From NCBI RefSeq assembly GCF_009834535.1, contig NC_045696.1, positions 12,402,001 to 12,466,000 on the forward strand: a stretch of DNA of 64,000 nucleotides, read 5' to 3'. A model generated the notes under the pieces. The model saw nothing but the letters and a program-made list of their open reading frames with translations, ran no database searches and was not told where the DNA came from. Of the stretch, positions 53,311 to 64,000 are shown piece after piece. The translations under genes and the position numbers were made by a program. Source of the DNA: Camelus ferus (taxonomy: Eukaryota). The stretch's first letter is position 1. Every line of letters starts with the position of its first letter.

Positions 53311-53842
53311 CATTACCTTAGAATCTTCATGCTAAGATTTAATATCCAGAATCTCACTTATTTGCCCTTGAAAGTTAAGAAACCCTACCACATTGTTGAG
53401 TAGAGCAACTTCCCTTAAAATAAAGTCAAACTCACATGTAACCATAATGAGAAGCAGAAACTAGCGTAACTATAATCATGTGACATCAAGACAATCCAAG
53501 GTCAGGGTCTTCTCCCCTGAGACCCTGCTCACCCGCCCCTAAACAGAAGTGCGTTCCACAGTATACTGCTGTTTGTGCTGGAGCTTTATCCTCCCATCTT
53601 TTTACTTTATTTCTGACAATTCTTTTCTCTTTTTCCCAAGGGAAAAAAATGTTAATGTTTTATGAAGAAGATCAATGCAAAATCACTTCAGAAAGATATG
53701 TTTTTGATGTGGGTTTTCTTCATGGGATGAGTGATTTTTAATAAGCATTCCTATTCTGGGTAAGTAGAAAATCCTTGTTTCACTCCTCTGACAACTTCAT
53801 AGTTCAAAAACCTAACTCTTCCTTCTTCCTCAACCACACCTT

Positions 53843-54024
53843 TAGGCTTGTCAAGTAAACACAGGTCACCCAGTTACATTTGTTTTAGTTAAACAATGAA
53901 TAATTTGTATGTGATCCAACTAGTGCTTGGAACGTACTTATACTAAAAAATTATTTGTAGTTTATCTGAAAGTCAAATGTAACTGGACATCCTGTATTTT
54001 TATTTGGTAAACCTGGTGACCCTA
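53843..54024. mobile_element. MER53 palindromic MITE within an L2 remnant
   Basis: CAGG..CCCAGTTACATTTG...ACTTATACTAAAAAATTATTTGTAGTTTATCTGAAAGTCAAATGTAACTGG..ATCCTGTATTTT...CCCTA. Confidence 0.75.
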
Positions 54025-54714
54025 CCCCCACCCAGTTCATTACCGAACCCTCTAAATTCTACTTCCTCAATATTTCCTAAATTAAGTTCATTTATTTCCA
54101 TCTCTACTATCCTTTCTCTGGAAAAAGACACCACATTTATACCCAGATTGTTTTAACGATGTCTTAACTGACTCCCAATCTCTAGTCTAAACATCCTTCA
54201 GTATGTTAAAAGCCATAAAGAGTCTCTTAAACACAGCCCTAATCACATAGCACCCCCTTCAATTGCTCCCATTGCTTTTAAGTTAAAGTCTAAATTCCTA
54301 AACTTGGCTTTCGCTGCTACATCTTATCTGTCCAGCTTATCTCTAAGCAAACATGATCTTGCATTCTCCATACATTCCAGTCATTTTGGAGAAACTTTCA
54401 CTCTTTTGAAAAAGCCAGACTGCCCATTGTTTTGTTGTTGTTGTTTTTAAATTCTGAAGTTCTTTGTAACTCCGGAATTAATAAAATGTTAGTTAGAGTC
54501 TCATTTGTCATTTTGTGTGACAATATTTCTTTAAATACAGAGTAATAATTTCTTCATATATCTGGTTTAAACAAATAGTAATTCATTTCCTCACCAAAAT
54601 TAAGGGTAGTGCTAATAGTCATATCTACTATTATCAAGATAGTTGTTTCATTTTCCCCTGTGATACTACTCTTGTATCTGCAATTTTGTTTTTTTAATTG
54701 TATTTTTCCTTTAC

Positions 54715-54806
54715 TTTTTTAATTGAATTACAGTCAGTTTACAATGCTGTATTAACTTCTGGTGCACAGCATAGTGATTCAGTTATACATAGATATATGT
54801 TCCTTT
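54715..54806 (-). mobile_element. Very short L1 3' tail
   Basis: TTTTTAATTGAATTACAGTCAGTTTACAATG...CTGGTGCACAGCATAGTGATTCAGTTATACAT. Confidence 0.75.
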
Positions 54807-54960
54807 GGTTTTAATATTCACACATGAATTTTCTCCGAGCTAGAGCATTCTTTCAGCCCATAAGTCTCACTCGCCCTTTCTGCTGGACCTTGATCTGTTT
54901 GCCCTCAGATATATTCTATCCTCCTTCCCTGCTCTGCTCTTATTCAACTCTCCAAACCAG

Positions 54961-55451
54961 TGTTTTAATCACCTCCTATTTACCCTGTTGGTGAGGGAGG
55001 GATTCCCACCCTCCAGTTGTGGGATGGCTGAACCCGACACAGGACAGGTGACATTGACAGTAGCATTAGTCACAGACACTCACAGCCTGGGGGCCAAGGA
55101 CATTGCACAGAGACTCACAAAGGTTGCATTTAGGACCAGAGTGAGCAACCAAGGTCTGTGGGAGGCAGGCTTCTAATATCAGAAGGATGATGTGCCCCCT
55201 CATTACCACAGGAGGCTGTGATTGGCTTGTTTGAATGATTATGTGGGCTGGCAGATAACATCATCTCTAATCAGGATTAAGCAGGAACTGGACCTTGTCT
55301 CCTAGATATGAAGGGTTATTTGGCTAAAGGTCAATATCATTGGGAGCAGCGTGGGGAGAAGAACTTACAATTGGACCATTCAAGGCCCTCTCAGTTTCCT
55401 CAGATGTAAAGGTGGCACATATTGGGTCTTAATTCTAGGCCTTATACCATA
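54961..55451 (-). mobile_element. ERVL-class solo LTR (MER74-like)
   Basis: End CCATTCAAGGCCCTC...CAGATGT..AGG..GCACAT.TTGGG.CTTAATT.TAGGCCTTATACCATA resembles the reverse complement of the MER73/74 start. Confidence 0.55.
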
Positions 55452-55755
55452 ACTAATGAATGTACAACACTTCATGCCCTCCATCCAGAATAACACCTAA
55501 AAAGGATTAGATTTACTTCTCACCAAAGTCAGAGATGTAACTAAATGTAATGCCAGGAAAATTGATCAATAGTTAGAAATGGGCAAAAGAGATGACTGAT
55601 GGGCCTTTCAGTGGCATTTGAGGGGCCAGAGGTTATCTAATTCTACTGAACTATGTGCCTTTGATTCTATTTTAGTGATTAGGCAATTTTAAAGCTCTGC
55701 AGAGGTAAAAGTCAGACTGCAGAAAACTGATGGTAATGCAAATAATTCTTGTCTA

Positions 55756-56213
55756 TGTCAATGAAATATTAATCAGTCTACCTAAGAAAATTTTATTCAA
55801 GCCAAATTTGAGGATTATAACCTGGGAAGAGCATCTCAGAAAGCTCTGAGTACTGTTATGCTGATTAGAAATCAAGGCAGACTTATACAAGTTTTTTGAG
55901 ACAGAGGGCTCTACGTCAAATGATGTGTTATTCACAGTTTACATAACCCAGATCTAAGCATCATCCTGCTGGGTCATGTGACCCCTTACAAGATCAAGAA
56001 GGAATGTCATCTTTAAGGAGTGGTCTTGTTGATGCTGGGAGAATGTTGCTCCTTATGGTTGAGCAGGTGTTCCCGCCAACGGGGGAGGTTTGGTCCATGC
56101 ATAATTCAGGTACACAATGCACAGTGGGGGGAGAGAGGAAGCCAAAGGGCACAGAAGGATTTTTATATTTAAATTTTTCTTGTCTTGCCATAAAACCTGA
56201 ATTTTGTGTCACA
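55756..56213 (-). mobile_element. ERV1-class solo LTR
   Basis: TG...CA termini with perfect 4-bp TSD TCTA (55752-55755 and 56214-56217); AATAAA on the minus strand near 55790. Confidence 0.85.
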
Positions 56214-57329
56214 TCTATATCAATGCAAATGAATTTTGTTGATATACCTATTTACTCCAGCCTGTAGATGACCCTAAATATACATCATTAAATTACATGT
56301 TATCATCCTGTAGGATATTAATCAGTTTTGCCTTATCTACCAATAAATTCATTTCGACATTCCTGATTGTATGTGTATATGTGCATGTATATGTATGTAT
56401 ATATGTGTGAATATATGTTTATAATATGTAATAGTTAAAATATTCTTAAAATTCTCATTTGAGCAAGTTTGAACATCTTCCTGGTTCTCTCACTAACTGA
56501 GGAGTTTAATATCATCTTTGAAACATGTTTCCATTTTTCACGAGAGTCATGATGTTCCTTTTCAAAAATTGTATTTTAGCAATGACGATAAACATGATTT
56601 AAAATTTTAAGGAAACTATCTTTGAAAAGGAAATACAAACATACTTAAATGTAAATGTTGTCTTGAAGGAGGCAGTAAAACTAAATATTTGTTAATTTTT
56701 GTAATAAAAAAATTTTGGTTTTTCTTTCGTAATAATAGACTTTCATTGAATTTAAGCATATTATTAAATTTGTAAATTTTAAATGATAAATTTAAGAGAA
56801 CTAAGTAAACATACCACAAAACAAATAAAATGGGGGAGGAAAGACCTACATGCCAATTAAGAAAGTGTAGTAATTTTTATTTATTGAAAATTATGCATAC
56901 TTGTCACTCTAACACTTAAGGGCATTAGATCAAGTCCAAGTCTTTGCTCGGTAATACTGAGTAAGGGATTCATCCTCAGGAAGTGCAGAAGGCCCCAATT
57001 TTGCTTTCTTCCAAATCCAAGAAGATTGGATTTGGCTGTTCCCTCTGGTGACTAAACTTTCTTTGAAAAAGCTTAATTCCAAAGGTCTCCTTACCCTGAA
57101 AGTAGCTTAGGTCATGCCTGACAATTGAAGGTGTCATTTTGACTAACAAAGCGTAAAAGAAGCTTGGCAGCAAATTTTCTTATGCAAACAAACAGTTGTT
57201 AGATCTCAATTCAGAGTCTCTAAGAGCTCATGAAGAAACCTGACAGTATGCAAAACCTGAGGTTTTTTTGCCAAAAGTGAACATCATCAGTTTCTGAATA
57301 TAGTTTATATGTGACTTGATTTTATCACT

Positions 57330-58020
57330 TTGTGCACACCGCATGTCCGTGAGCTTGGTGAGAATTTCCGGGAACAGGTAGGCAGGGATGTTCCTTGTCA
57401 AAGGAGCTGGTGACTCTCCACCACCACCCTCTCCCCACCCAGAACAAATGTGAGAAAGGAGACCTTAGAAAGGTACTGATTTCACCTTCTCTTGGACCCG
57501 TTCCCATCGTGATTGTACTTTTCCACCTCAGGGCAGGGAGCAATCATGCACTGGGCCCTGCAAGGTCAGATGGTTCAGAAAAAGAATGTAACCTGGGGAA
57601 AGAACTAGGAAGGGAGGGGCAGAGCTCCCCAACAAGTTGCTTGCTGAATCCTGTTGAGCCTCCAGCCCCACTCCCCACCCATTTTAGCAAAAATGACGAC
57701 ATTCTTGGCTTCTGGGGCACCACCCCAGCCATTTTTAACCAAGTCCAACTGGCCTTGCTACAACAAGAAACTTTAATGAGTTAGTACGCAAAAAATCAAA
57801 GTGCTTGCCTTGTTTCCCGTAAAACCAGTGAAAAGAAAGTCGCTGAAACTCACCGCAAACTCTGCCTCCTGCACTGAAATGTCCTCAACACATCAGTCAA
57901 CAATTATCCTCTTTCTCAATATCTGTAAGAATTTATTGCCCTTGCCCCTCACGCTGCTGTGTGTATATACCACTCCTGTGTTATTCACAAGTTTGTGTCC
58001 ACTGTTTCCTTCCTCAGCTA
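57330..58020 (-). promoter_or_regulatory. Candidate promoter/enhancer with a non-coding exon ending at a donor site at 57854
   Basis: Apparently unique DNA with local CpG excess; TTCCGGGAA (57366-57374); TTTCCCGTAAA (57813-57823); IRF-like GAAAAGAAAGT (57830-57840); minus-strand GCG|GTGAGT donor; TATATA at 57964-57969. Confidence 0.4.
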
Positions 58021-60422
58021 GAAATTAGACTAAAAAAAGAACCAAGAGAAACCGTGGGCTGTGCCTTTTGTATTTAGTAAGCAAGATCAGGATTTATACT
58101 TATGTATACAGGATTTAATAATAATGGATTTCCTACACCTCAGGACCCAATGTAGATAATGGCTTTGACTCTGGGACCAATGAATCTTGTTAACTTCAAA
58201 AGAAGGACAAGTGTAAGTATCTTGCCCCTTCGTACTAAAAATATAGATCTTTTGTACTTCCATATTAAAAGGGAAAATTGAGCTGAGCCCAGTGATCTTA
58301 GTAAACTCTGAAATGCAAAAGAAAGCTTCAGAGAAGCTTGGAATGGCTGTTACATTAAAGGAAAAAAAAGTAAGCTAGCCCTAAAAGTCATTGTGAATTA
58401 TGTACAGTAGACATAATTCTTTACTACATTCTTAAAGACTAGAGAATATGTTGCCAAAATATGTAAACTGTTTTTATGCTTCCCCTTAAAATATTATAAC
58501 CAGCAGTATATTATCCAAATCCACTAAAAAGAAGTCAGAACCACTGAGGTTACTCCACCAGCTGGGGATTCGTTTACGGCTGAGTGTTGAAACTTGAATA
58601 GCAAAAGACTGAACTATTGAGTTTTCTGTGTGGGGACCACTCAGTTCATGTAGTTTAAACTGAAGCTGACATTTTTAATGAATTTATTAGTCTCACTTCA
58701 TTCCAGGACCAGACGTTTGTCCAGCTCACACACATGGACACCTTGGGTTTTATAACCTAATCCAGAAGGGACATATTAGTATCACTTCTCTTTCTCAAAT
58801 GGTGAGTTTTCCAAGGCCCATTTCTTGATCTGATGTCATGTTGTAGCTTGGAATTGAAACTTCCTCTTAAACCACTCAGGAATCAAATATGTTTTTACCA
58901 GTAAAACACCATTCTGCAAATTGTACATTATAGCCTTCAGGGTGAGATTTTTATAAGAAAAGCGACCAGTCCTCCAAGACTCTACAGAGGGTCTGCCCAG
59001 GTACTCAGTCCTAGAGCTAAATATTTAAGAACGAAGTCCTCCCAGAAGGCTAAGAAAATCAAGTTAACAATATTATATAGTAGAGGATAAATTAGGAAAG
59101 ATTAAGAGCAAATACTGTAATCAGTAGCTTTTTTAATACAAAATTTCATCTCATTCATTCTAAGATACACAATTAATGGCACCTTACAATCACTAGAAGC
59201 CAGGCTATTGTCAAAATATAGTTGCCACTGCCTTACAAGAACCAGCTTGATTATTTTTCCTGGTGGTATAAATAGCAGCCAGCAAACCACTTAAGGTCCA
59301 TTTGAGGAAGAAATTCAAGTCTTGATTATTACCTGAAAAATCTCCCTTTGATATTTGCTCATAAGACCAAGAGAGCACTAGCATCAAAGTTTAGAGAATA
59401 AGTGTCATTGGAGGAGAACTTCAGAAACAGCAGAGGATCAGTCTCAAGAAATGCTGTACTAGCAACGTTCTTAATGACATGGGTGCTGACACTTGTTGGA
59501 AAAACTCTAACATCAATGACTTCAAGTCAAAAAGTATTTCTGAAGAGTTGCTATCTGACTGTGAAGCCATCTTCAGAATGCGTTAAACAATTTATTTGTC
59601 ACATGTTCTTTTTATGTATGCTACAGACTGATATGTGATGAAAATAAATCTCTAACTATAAAAGAACTATTTTAATGATCATAAAATAAAAGTTCTAGGT
59701 GATAAGAGAATATGACTATGTAGTTCAATTGGTAGGGTTTCTTGTTGTAGTATGTAAAATAATAGATCTTCTTTAAAAATTGTTTTAAAAAAATGAATAT
59801 TCTTCCAGTCAATGGTGTCAGATGAAATGACATACAATAGTTATAGATTACTGGGGGCATAACAAGATCCAAGCCAGAAGTCCCCTTAGGAATTGTTTCT
59901 CTCTCTTTATCCGAAGCAAACAGCCCTCAAAAAAAAAAAAAAAAAAAAAAGGTTTTTCTGTCCTCTGGTTGCCGCTGTGCGAGAATCTGAGAACATGGAT
60001 GGCATTACAGAAGAACAAAGACCTTTGCAATAGGGCTCCTGGCATCAAAATGAGCATCTCAGTAAAGTAGTCTCCCAAGCACATGACCTCAGGATTTGTA
60101 CGAATCAAAGTGCCCAGAAGTGTCTCATCATTTTTATCGCATTAAACAATTTCAGAGAACACATTTGTCCTTACACTGCAACTGAAAGTCTTGATGAGAA
60201 AAGTGTATTTAGCACCACAGTCATATTTTATCCGAATTGTGCAGCATTGCGTGGTTCTATGAATGACATTCCTTTCATCATTAAGTTGTACCCTTTTATA
60301 AAGTGTTCTCAAACAGCTGTTGCTCTACACTTGAGAACTGAAAGCATCTACACCCATATATCTTACTCTTTCCATTAACAGGATTTCACTATTCCAGGAA
60401 AATAAGTTTATTTGCCCAGGAA

Positions 60423-60802
60423 TGTGAAAGTTACAAATCACTTTATTTTTCATTCCAAGATCTTCTTGAAATACCCATCAAATCTTCAATAGAAAGAACC
60501 AAAAGAAGAAAATTTATAGCCCAAGACCCTGTGAAACACTCATTACAAAATCTGTGCTATGTACAACACTCCTAAACAATTATATCATTATCCTTATCCA
60601 GTCATGACCACGTCCCTCCACTGAAAGACTTGCCTTAAGCCAGACTTCCAAAATCTCATAAATATCTCAACTCTGTCCTCTCTCATCTGAGATATTAATA
60701 AGATTCTCTCAAAGTAGCATCTTCTTTACCATAGTAAGAATAAACTCAGGTTTGGCTTATCAAGTTTGTTTGGTGATACTTTGATGGAGCTGGCATTCAA
60801 CA
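60423..60802 (+). mobile_element. Old ERV1-class LTR (MER90/MER110-like); left boundary uncertain
   Basis: 3' end AATAAACTCAGGTTTGGCTTATCAA...TTGGTGATA...GGAGCTGGCATTCAACA. Confidence 0.5.
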
Positions 60803-61578
60803 CGGTAGATTATTTTATATGAATTCTCATTAGACTTAGGATTCAGGAAATTGGATCTAAGTTGTAAAGATTTTGCTTTCTATAGCAAACTGACATCAGT
60901 AATAATGGAACCAGTATTTACTAGTAAAATGAACAGAGTTCTGCCTTGTATCTTTTGCATATGATTGAGGAAGATAATTCAATACATTAGCTACAAAGGC
61001 AATTGACAAAATTGTTTCCAATTTTGGAATCGTTTTCAATTTCTTGGACTAAAGATTCCAAAATCCTCCTGAAATATATCTCAGAAAATGCCAGGAAAAC
61101 AAAACTTTTGAAATAAGTAGAACATACAAGGAAATACAAGGAATCACACCTCATTAAGGTGAACGCACCACTCCAGGAATAGGAACTGTCCCATCCTCCA
61201 AGGACAGCATCAGAGCCTGATGGTCTGGTGGTCAGAGGGCTTGGGTAGGTGGGGGAGAGACCTGGGGAACTAAGAACTAAGCTGTGGATCTGGGCAGAGT
61301 AGAAAGGCAGACTAATGACACTCTATACAAAGCTAGGGCTGACGGAGAGCCACCCTCTAATAAAAATAATGAAGTAGAAGGAAAATTGCACAACAGAAAC
61401 AGAAAGAAAAGAAAAATCACCTGTTTCTGCAAAAACTAAAAACCAAGCCACCCACCATGGCATAAATGAATATTATGTGCTATACAAAAGCCCAGGGTGA
61501 GAATTTTAGTTAAAAAATGGACACCACTTGATAATATCCATGGGTATTTGGTAGAAACAAGGGCAACTCCGCTCTAGG

Positions 61579-61788
61579 TAAAGTTGCTAAAAGGGGAGAT
61601 CGTAAGAGTTCTCACCACCAAAAAAAATTGTAGTTATGGGAGGTGACAGATATGTTAACTAACATTGTGGCAATCATTTCACTGTGTACACACATACACA
61701 CACACATATATATAAAATCACTACATTGCACACCTTAAATTAATACAATGTTACATGTCAATTACATATATAAAGTTGGGAAAAATAA
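61579..61788 (+). mobile_element. L1MA/MB-like 3' tail
   Basis: AAAGTTGCTAA...GTTCTCACCAC...GGAGGTGA..GATATGTTAACTA...CACCTTAAAT..ATACAATGTTACATGTCAATTA. Confidence 0.8.
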
Positions 61789-62369
61789 GTGAGGAGGAGA
61801 GCTAGTACCTAAATTGTGAACGCATTGACTTGGCCTCAAAATCTGTTCTTTCATGTAAGAAACCTGCCTTATATGACTTAAAACAATTACTGTAGTCAAA
61901 GTCATCTCTATAGATTGAGGAAATGTTAAGGAAAAAATCTTTAATGCTATCAGATACAAAAACAATGTCTTAATGTGGCCAATTTTTTTAAACTAATACA
62001 AAGGCCACTGGAATCTGACAAATTTAAGTCTCTTGGCTGCTTTCTGCTTCCCACCTGTTTAACCTTACATCAGTTGCTTAACCTCCCTGAGTCTCACTGT
62101 CTTCATTTGCAAAATGAGAGTCTTTGGGAGAATGTGAAAATACAGATTTACCAAAATGATCTAAGCCTTATAGGACTTCTTTCTCTCTAAGTTACAGTCA
62201 AAAGTTTCATGAAATTTTTCCTGGTCATCCAAGTTGGAGCCAATTGTTCCTTGTCCATAAACTTAAGGAGGTTAATGGTCAATTTGCACTTATTTCACTC
62301 CGCCTTATAGTACTTACATTCCTTCCCTCACCTCATTTGTGTATCACTCTTTTTGCCAATAAAATACAA

Positions 62370-62515
62370 TTGGCATTTACTGATCACATACTGAAAGCCA
62401 GGCTCTAAGTGCCTTGCTTGTATTATCAAGACTTCACACCAACCCGGGAGGTAGATTATCTTCAGCATCATTCTAGTTTTGCAGATGAACAAACGAGAAC
62501 CCAGACAGGTTAGGT
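62370..62515 (-). mobile_element. MIR SINE fragment
   Basis: CATTTACTGA...GCCAGGC..TAAGTGCCTT...AACCCGGGAGGTAG...TTTTGCAGATGA...AGGTTAGGTA. Confidence 0.6.
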
Positions 62516-64000
62516 ACAGAAATTATGTAAAATTACTATTGCAAGTTGCTAGGACACTCACTGGTAGCAGGTGACCTACAAAACTGATTTACTATGTGCA
62601 TTAGCAGTTCTTTCCTTCTGGCATGAGTTAGTCACACTTCTTCTGCACAGGCTTTCAATTAAGGTTACTAACGGGTGTGTCCAGACCCATTAATTAATAA
62701 TTTACTCTTATCCCCACTAAATGACATTTCCAACTATCTAAAAATGCCAGGGAGTATGGATTTTTTTTTATTTAGAAGAAAAAAAAATCTTTATTTGCAG
62801 CCTAGCATCTCTTTACCTACTATGTAATGGGTATTCCAGAAACCCAAAATGCAAATTGCTCAGAAGCTTTTCTGAGTCCAAATAGATAAATAAATTGTCC
62901 AAGTGTTGTTGACTATCTCAAGTCCCCTAGAGATGATTCATTTGCTTGTGGCAATTAGATATGGTCTACTTTGGTGTTCTCTGCACACAGGACATACACA
63001 GAGAGAGTTTTAATCAAAGGATAAAGAAACTGTGATGTTGCAAGACAATTTTCATGCCAGCCCCAGATGTAGCTGGCAAAAATGATCAGGACTATTAAAC
63101 AGAGGTGTTCTCTCTTCCATCCGAATGGACATCTGAGATTAATAGAAGCTTTTCAATAGCTGAAAGTTTACAGATTTCAAAATACAACCTCTCAGATCTT
63201 TGAAAGGAGGACTCAAGGATTACATAGCAAATACAATTCTCATATTGTAAAAAGAGACTCTACTTTCCTGAAGTCAAATTCAGACAAGGTAGACAAAATG
63301 TAAGAAGAATAATGTAAGACAAAATGTAAGACTTTGTAACCATGAAGGCCTATCAAGCTTCTTGTCCCACCCACTGCTTCATTCAGTGGGAAACTGCACC
63401 CTCACACCACATGGCCAGGCCAGGGAGCAACACTAGGGGGTTCCTTACATGTAGATGGCTTTTTTCTGTGACCCAGCACACCTGGTGGAGTCAAGGTAGC
63501 AGGGCTGAGAATCACAAGGTTTGTCATCCCACCCAGTAAGTGACCCGAGATAACTTGATTGACTTTTTTTTTCTCTTGGGGACAATGCAAACCAGAAATA
63601 CAAGAGGAAAGGCAGTCAATTGGTAGAAGGTGCAGAAGATGAAAAATATATGAAGAATGGGCAGTGTGGACACCATAATACAAAAGAAGCCATGGGTGAG
63701 AAAGAAGGAAAAGAGATAAATGGGGGGGGGGGAGCACAGAATACGGGAAATAAATGTAATGTCACTGCAACAAGGGGCGGGGGGGGTCGAGCATGTTGGA
63801 AGAGCACCAAGTTCCTGTGGCTGAAGACCCAAGATACCTTATCCATTAAAGGCACCACACCAGACACTCCCACTTCCGGAACTGGGGCAGTCACCACAAG
63901 GGCAGGCCCTACAGCTGTTCCTGGGTTGCCTTGAAACTGGCTGTGAAGCCGAATGCTGGCTTCTTTATCTCCATGTGACTCTTCACGTAAAAAGTTAAAT

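Noticed and set aside
50700..56213. Provirus bounded by two LTRs
   Set aside because: The LTRs are clearly diverged, each has its own 4-bp flank, and the interval holds old L1/L2/MER53 sequence with no gag/pol/env.
1..64000. The window lies inside the functional AGTPBP1 gene
   Set aside because: Only one exon was found, adjacent coding exons were not seen by eye, and the exon sits in a block that appears to interrupt a repeat. TBLASTN would settle it.
1..64000. Using repeat orientation bias to infer the host gene strand
   Set aside because: Long L1s lean plus, but short L1s and LTRs are mixed, so the signal is not informative.
63290..64000. LTR-like GC-richer segment and short GACAAAATGTAAGA direct repeat at the window end
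   Set aside because: Probably an old LTR, but I could not assign a family or boundaries; the ORFs there are unrecognisable.

Overview
Mammalian genomic DNA, AT-rich and dominated by interspersed repeats. It is most likely from a camelid, because it carries two tRNA-Ala-derived SINEs of the camelid vic-1 type and artiodactyl-type L1 3' ends. There is no complete protein-coding gene; the ORF track is either L1 ORF1/ORF2 remnants or apparent noise. Repeats include L1s of several ages (many with visible target-site duplications, TSDs), solo LTRs (MaLR, ERVL, ERV1), hAT DNA transposons, MIR, L2, L3 and HAL1. The main finding is a single 64-nt minus-strand exon at 38072-38135 ([22 protein letters not shown]) that I recognise as an internal coding exon of AGTPBP1/CCP1. 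It keeps both splice sites and flanking intron-like DNA, I found no neighbouring AGTPBP1 exons, and it sits in a ~680-bp block that appears to split an old L1 remnant with no TSD or poly(A). This suggests a captured genomic fragment. About 0.5 kb away is a non-canonical rearranged L1, and ~20 kb upstream on the same strand is a candidate STAT/IRF-motif promoter with a non-coding exon. Repeat family names and the AGTPBP1 match come from recalled sequences, not from a search; boundaries are approximate unless a TSD is quoted.
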